Of a stretch of DNA of 46,265 bases, positions 44,360 to 46,265 are shown piece by piece. The translations under genes were made by a program, and so were the position numbers. This DNA comes from Minisyncoccota bacterium. GTDB lineage: Bacteria > Patescibacteriota > Minisyncoccia > Phycocordibacterales > UBA9973. Each line of letters begins with the position of its first letter. Position 1 is the stretch's first letter. The notes under the pieces were generated by a model that searched no databases, was not told the origin of the DNA, and saw nothing but the letters and a program-made list of their open reading frames with translations. The stretch spans positions 374,104-420,368 of the forward strand of contig DAOQAL010000001.1 of the NCBI GenBank assembly GCA_035353995.1, written 5' to 3'.

Positions 44360-45614
44360 CTTTATACTTATATGTTCGTTATTTGTTTTCCCAATTGTTT
44401 TTTTGCATGCGCAAACAGCGACAGAGTTAAATTCTAAGATAAGTGAGAAAAATTCAGATATAGATGCGCTTGAAAAAGAAATAGCGAGTTATCAAAACCA
44501 ATTAAATACAATTGGAAAACAAAAAAGTTCTTTAAGCAGTTCTATTAATCAACTTGATATAACTAAAAAAAAGTTAAATGCAGATATCGCTGTTACTCAA
44601 AAGAAAATTGAGAAAACAAATTTAGAAATAAAAAGTTTAAGTTCTCAAATAGGTACGAAAGAAGGTCTTATTGCAAACGATAAATCTTCAATTTCTTCTG
44701 GTATAAGAACTATAAATGAAGTTGAAACAGAAAGTTTAATTGAAATTGTTTTATCAAGGGATAGTTTTACCAATGCATGGAATGATATAGACAATATCGT
44801 TTCCGTAAGAGAAAAAGTAAGAGATAGAATAACAGAATTAAAACAAATAAAAGGAGAATTAGAAGATACAAGAAAGGTTACAGAGAGTGCAAAAAAAGAA
44901 TTGGAAAGTCTAAAAGCAGAATTAGCAGATCAGAAAAAAATAGTAGAACAAAATGCAAATGAGAAAAAACGTCTTCTTGCACAAACAAAAAATAGCGAAT
45001 CAAATTACCAAAAACTTTTAAAAGAAAAATTAGCAAAGAAAGAAGCTTTCGAAAAAGAATTACTTGAATATGAATCTCAGCTTAAATTTATTTTAGATCC
45101 TTCTCTTTTACCATCAGGTCATGTATTAAATTGGCCTCTTGATAGTATTTATATTACAGGATATTTCTCTAAAACTGGTGCAAATAAAGCCCTATATAGT
45201 AATGGCTTTCATAATGGTGTTGACTTTAGAGCATCAGTTGGAACTCCGGTTAAGGCTATGGCTGATGGAACTATACTTGGCGTTGGCGACACAGATAAGG
45301 TTTGTAGTGGTGCTTCTTTTGGTAAATTTGTTTTTATTAAATACAGTAATGGTCTTTCAAGTATATATGGACATTTATCTTTAATAAAAGTTTCGCAAGG
45401 TCAAAAAGTTGCAAGGGGAGAGATTGTTGGATATTCCGGTAATACAGGATATTCAACAGGACCGCATTTACACGTTTCAGTTTATGCTTCTAGTGCTGTA
45501 AAAATGCAATATAGAGCTTCAACAGCTTGTGGAGGACAAACTTACTATATGCCAATATCTGCAACAGAAGGATATCTTAATCCATTAACTTACTTACCTG
45601 TTTACAAACAGTAA
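44325..45614 (+). CDS. Coiled-coil M23 family murein endopeptidase (EnvC-like architecture)
   Basis: Signal peptide, long coiled coil, HNGVD, YGHL, TGPHLH. Confidence 0.9.
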   Translation: MKLYHDYKTLFSFILICSLFVFPIVFLHAQTATELNSKISEKNSDIDALEKEIASYQNQLNTIGKQKSSLSSSINQLDITKKKLNADIAVTQKKIEKTNLEIKSLSSQIGTKEGLIANDKSSISSGIRTINEVETESLIEIVLSRDSFTNAWNDIDNIVSVREKVRDRITELKQIKGELEDTRKVTESAKKELESLKAELADQKKIVEQNANEKKRLLAQTKNSESNYQKLLKEKLAKKEAFEKELLEYESQLKFILDPSLLPSGHVLNWPLDSIYITGYFSKTGANKALYSNGFHNGVDFRASVGTPVKAMADGTILGVGDTDKVCSGASFGKFVFIKYSNGLSSIYGHLSLIKVSQGQKVARGEIVGYSGNTGYSTGPHLHVSVYASSAVKMQYRASTACGGQTYYMPISATEGYLNPLTYLPVYKQ

Positions 45615-45667
45615 AATATATGTTATAATATATGAGCTTAATAATTAATTTTTGTTATAATTAAATT

Positions 45668-45805
45668 ATGAAAAATAAACAAGGAGGTTTTCTGAAAACA
45701 ATTATTTTTATAATCATCGTAATTTTAATTTTAAGTTATTTTAATGTAAATCTTAGTGGAGTTTGGAATTATATTGTAAATGCATTTCATAATGTTTTTG
45801 GATAA
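45668..45805 (+). CDS. Small pilin-like membrane peptide (45 aa, below the ORF-track cutoff)
   Basis: MKNKQGGFLKTIIFIIIVILILSYF...; TGTTATAAT 6 nt upstream. Confidence 0.65.
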   Translation: MKNKQGGFLKTIIFIIIVILILSYFNVNLSGVWNYIVNAFHNVFG

Positions 45806-45831
45806 TTTTTATTAAAAATTTATTTTAAAAA

Positions 45832-46179
45832 ATGACAAATAAAAAACATAGTGCTAGAGGAATGAGTTTGATTAAAGCTTTGATCTTAGTGTTCATCTTA
45901 ATTTTAGTTTTAAGCTACTTTAAGATAAGTATTAAGTCAGTTGTAGAGAGTCCTGAAAGCCAAAGTAATATAAGTTATGTCACAGGAGCAGGTAAAAACC
46001 TATGGAATGATCATTTAAAAGAGCCTACAGCTTATTTGTGGAATAATATTGTCATAGATATTTTTTGGAAATCTTTTATAAATAATATGGAAAGAATTCG
46101 AGACGGAGAGAAAACAGACTTAGAAAATCTCGCTCCAACTTTTCCAACTGGAGTAACAGATAAAGCTAAAGCAAACTAA
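45832..46179 (+). CDS. Pilin-like hypothetical membrane protein
   Basis: KHSARG|MSLIKALILVFILILVLSYF N-terminus. Confidence 0.6.
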   Translation: MTNKKHSARGMSLIKALILVFILILVLSYFKISIKSVVESPESQSNISYVTGAGKNLWNDHLKEPTAYLWNNIVIDIFWKSFINNMERIRDGEKTDLENLAPTFPTGVTDKAKAN

Positions 46180-46186
46180 AATAGAT

Positions 46187-46211
46187 AAAAAGGCGCCAAA
46201 AGCGTCTTTTT
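46187..46211 (+). terminator. Intrinsic terminator
   Basis: AAAAGGCGC-loop-GCGTCTTTTT. Confidence 0.7.
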
Positions 46212-46265
46212 AGTTTATCCTTATATTTTTAAGTATAGGTATGCCTAAAAGATATATTGTGCGAC

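Noticed and set aside
1-46265. Alternative genetic code 25
   Set aside because: Core genes are full-length under code 11 and several ORFs (e.g. the integrase and purM) end at TGA.

Overview
An AT-rich bacterial chromosome segment using the standard genetic code (TGA is a stop). Gene content and compact architecture point to Patescibacteria/CPR (Parcubacteria-like); the taxonomy is inference. The left edge (1-3.2 kb) is the end of an island: a resolvase catalytic domain plus a large serine recombinase whose ORF runs into the antisense 3' end of tRNA-Glu(TTC). Most of the rest is core genes: ftsA/ftsZ, a split dcw cluster, greA, lysS, aspS, gltX, gatB, prfA, obgE, rpsU, rplY, rpmE, scpAB, pepA, fba, and four tRNAs (Glu-TTC, Ser-CGA, Glu-CTC, Ile-GAT). 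An accessory block lies at about 15.7-22.6 kb. The most striking unexplained structures are these. (1) A family of about 21-bp palindromes (TACA[G/T]AGG-CAAGA-CCT[C/A]TGTA, 10 copies read by eye) marks nearly every gene junction from 17.1 to 21.5 kb in one orientation, like a cassette array, and also occurs near the other tRNA loci. (2) A 52-bp unit directly upstream of both tRNA-Glu genes duplicates the tRNA 5' end and also contains its reverse complement. (3) At least 15 genes have a -10 box 6-7 nt before the start codon, suggesting pervasive leaderless mRNAs. (4) There is a candidate sRNA at about 37.16-37.30 kb. All calls come from reading motifs by eye; no database searches were run.
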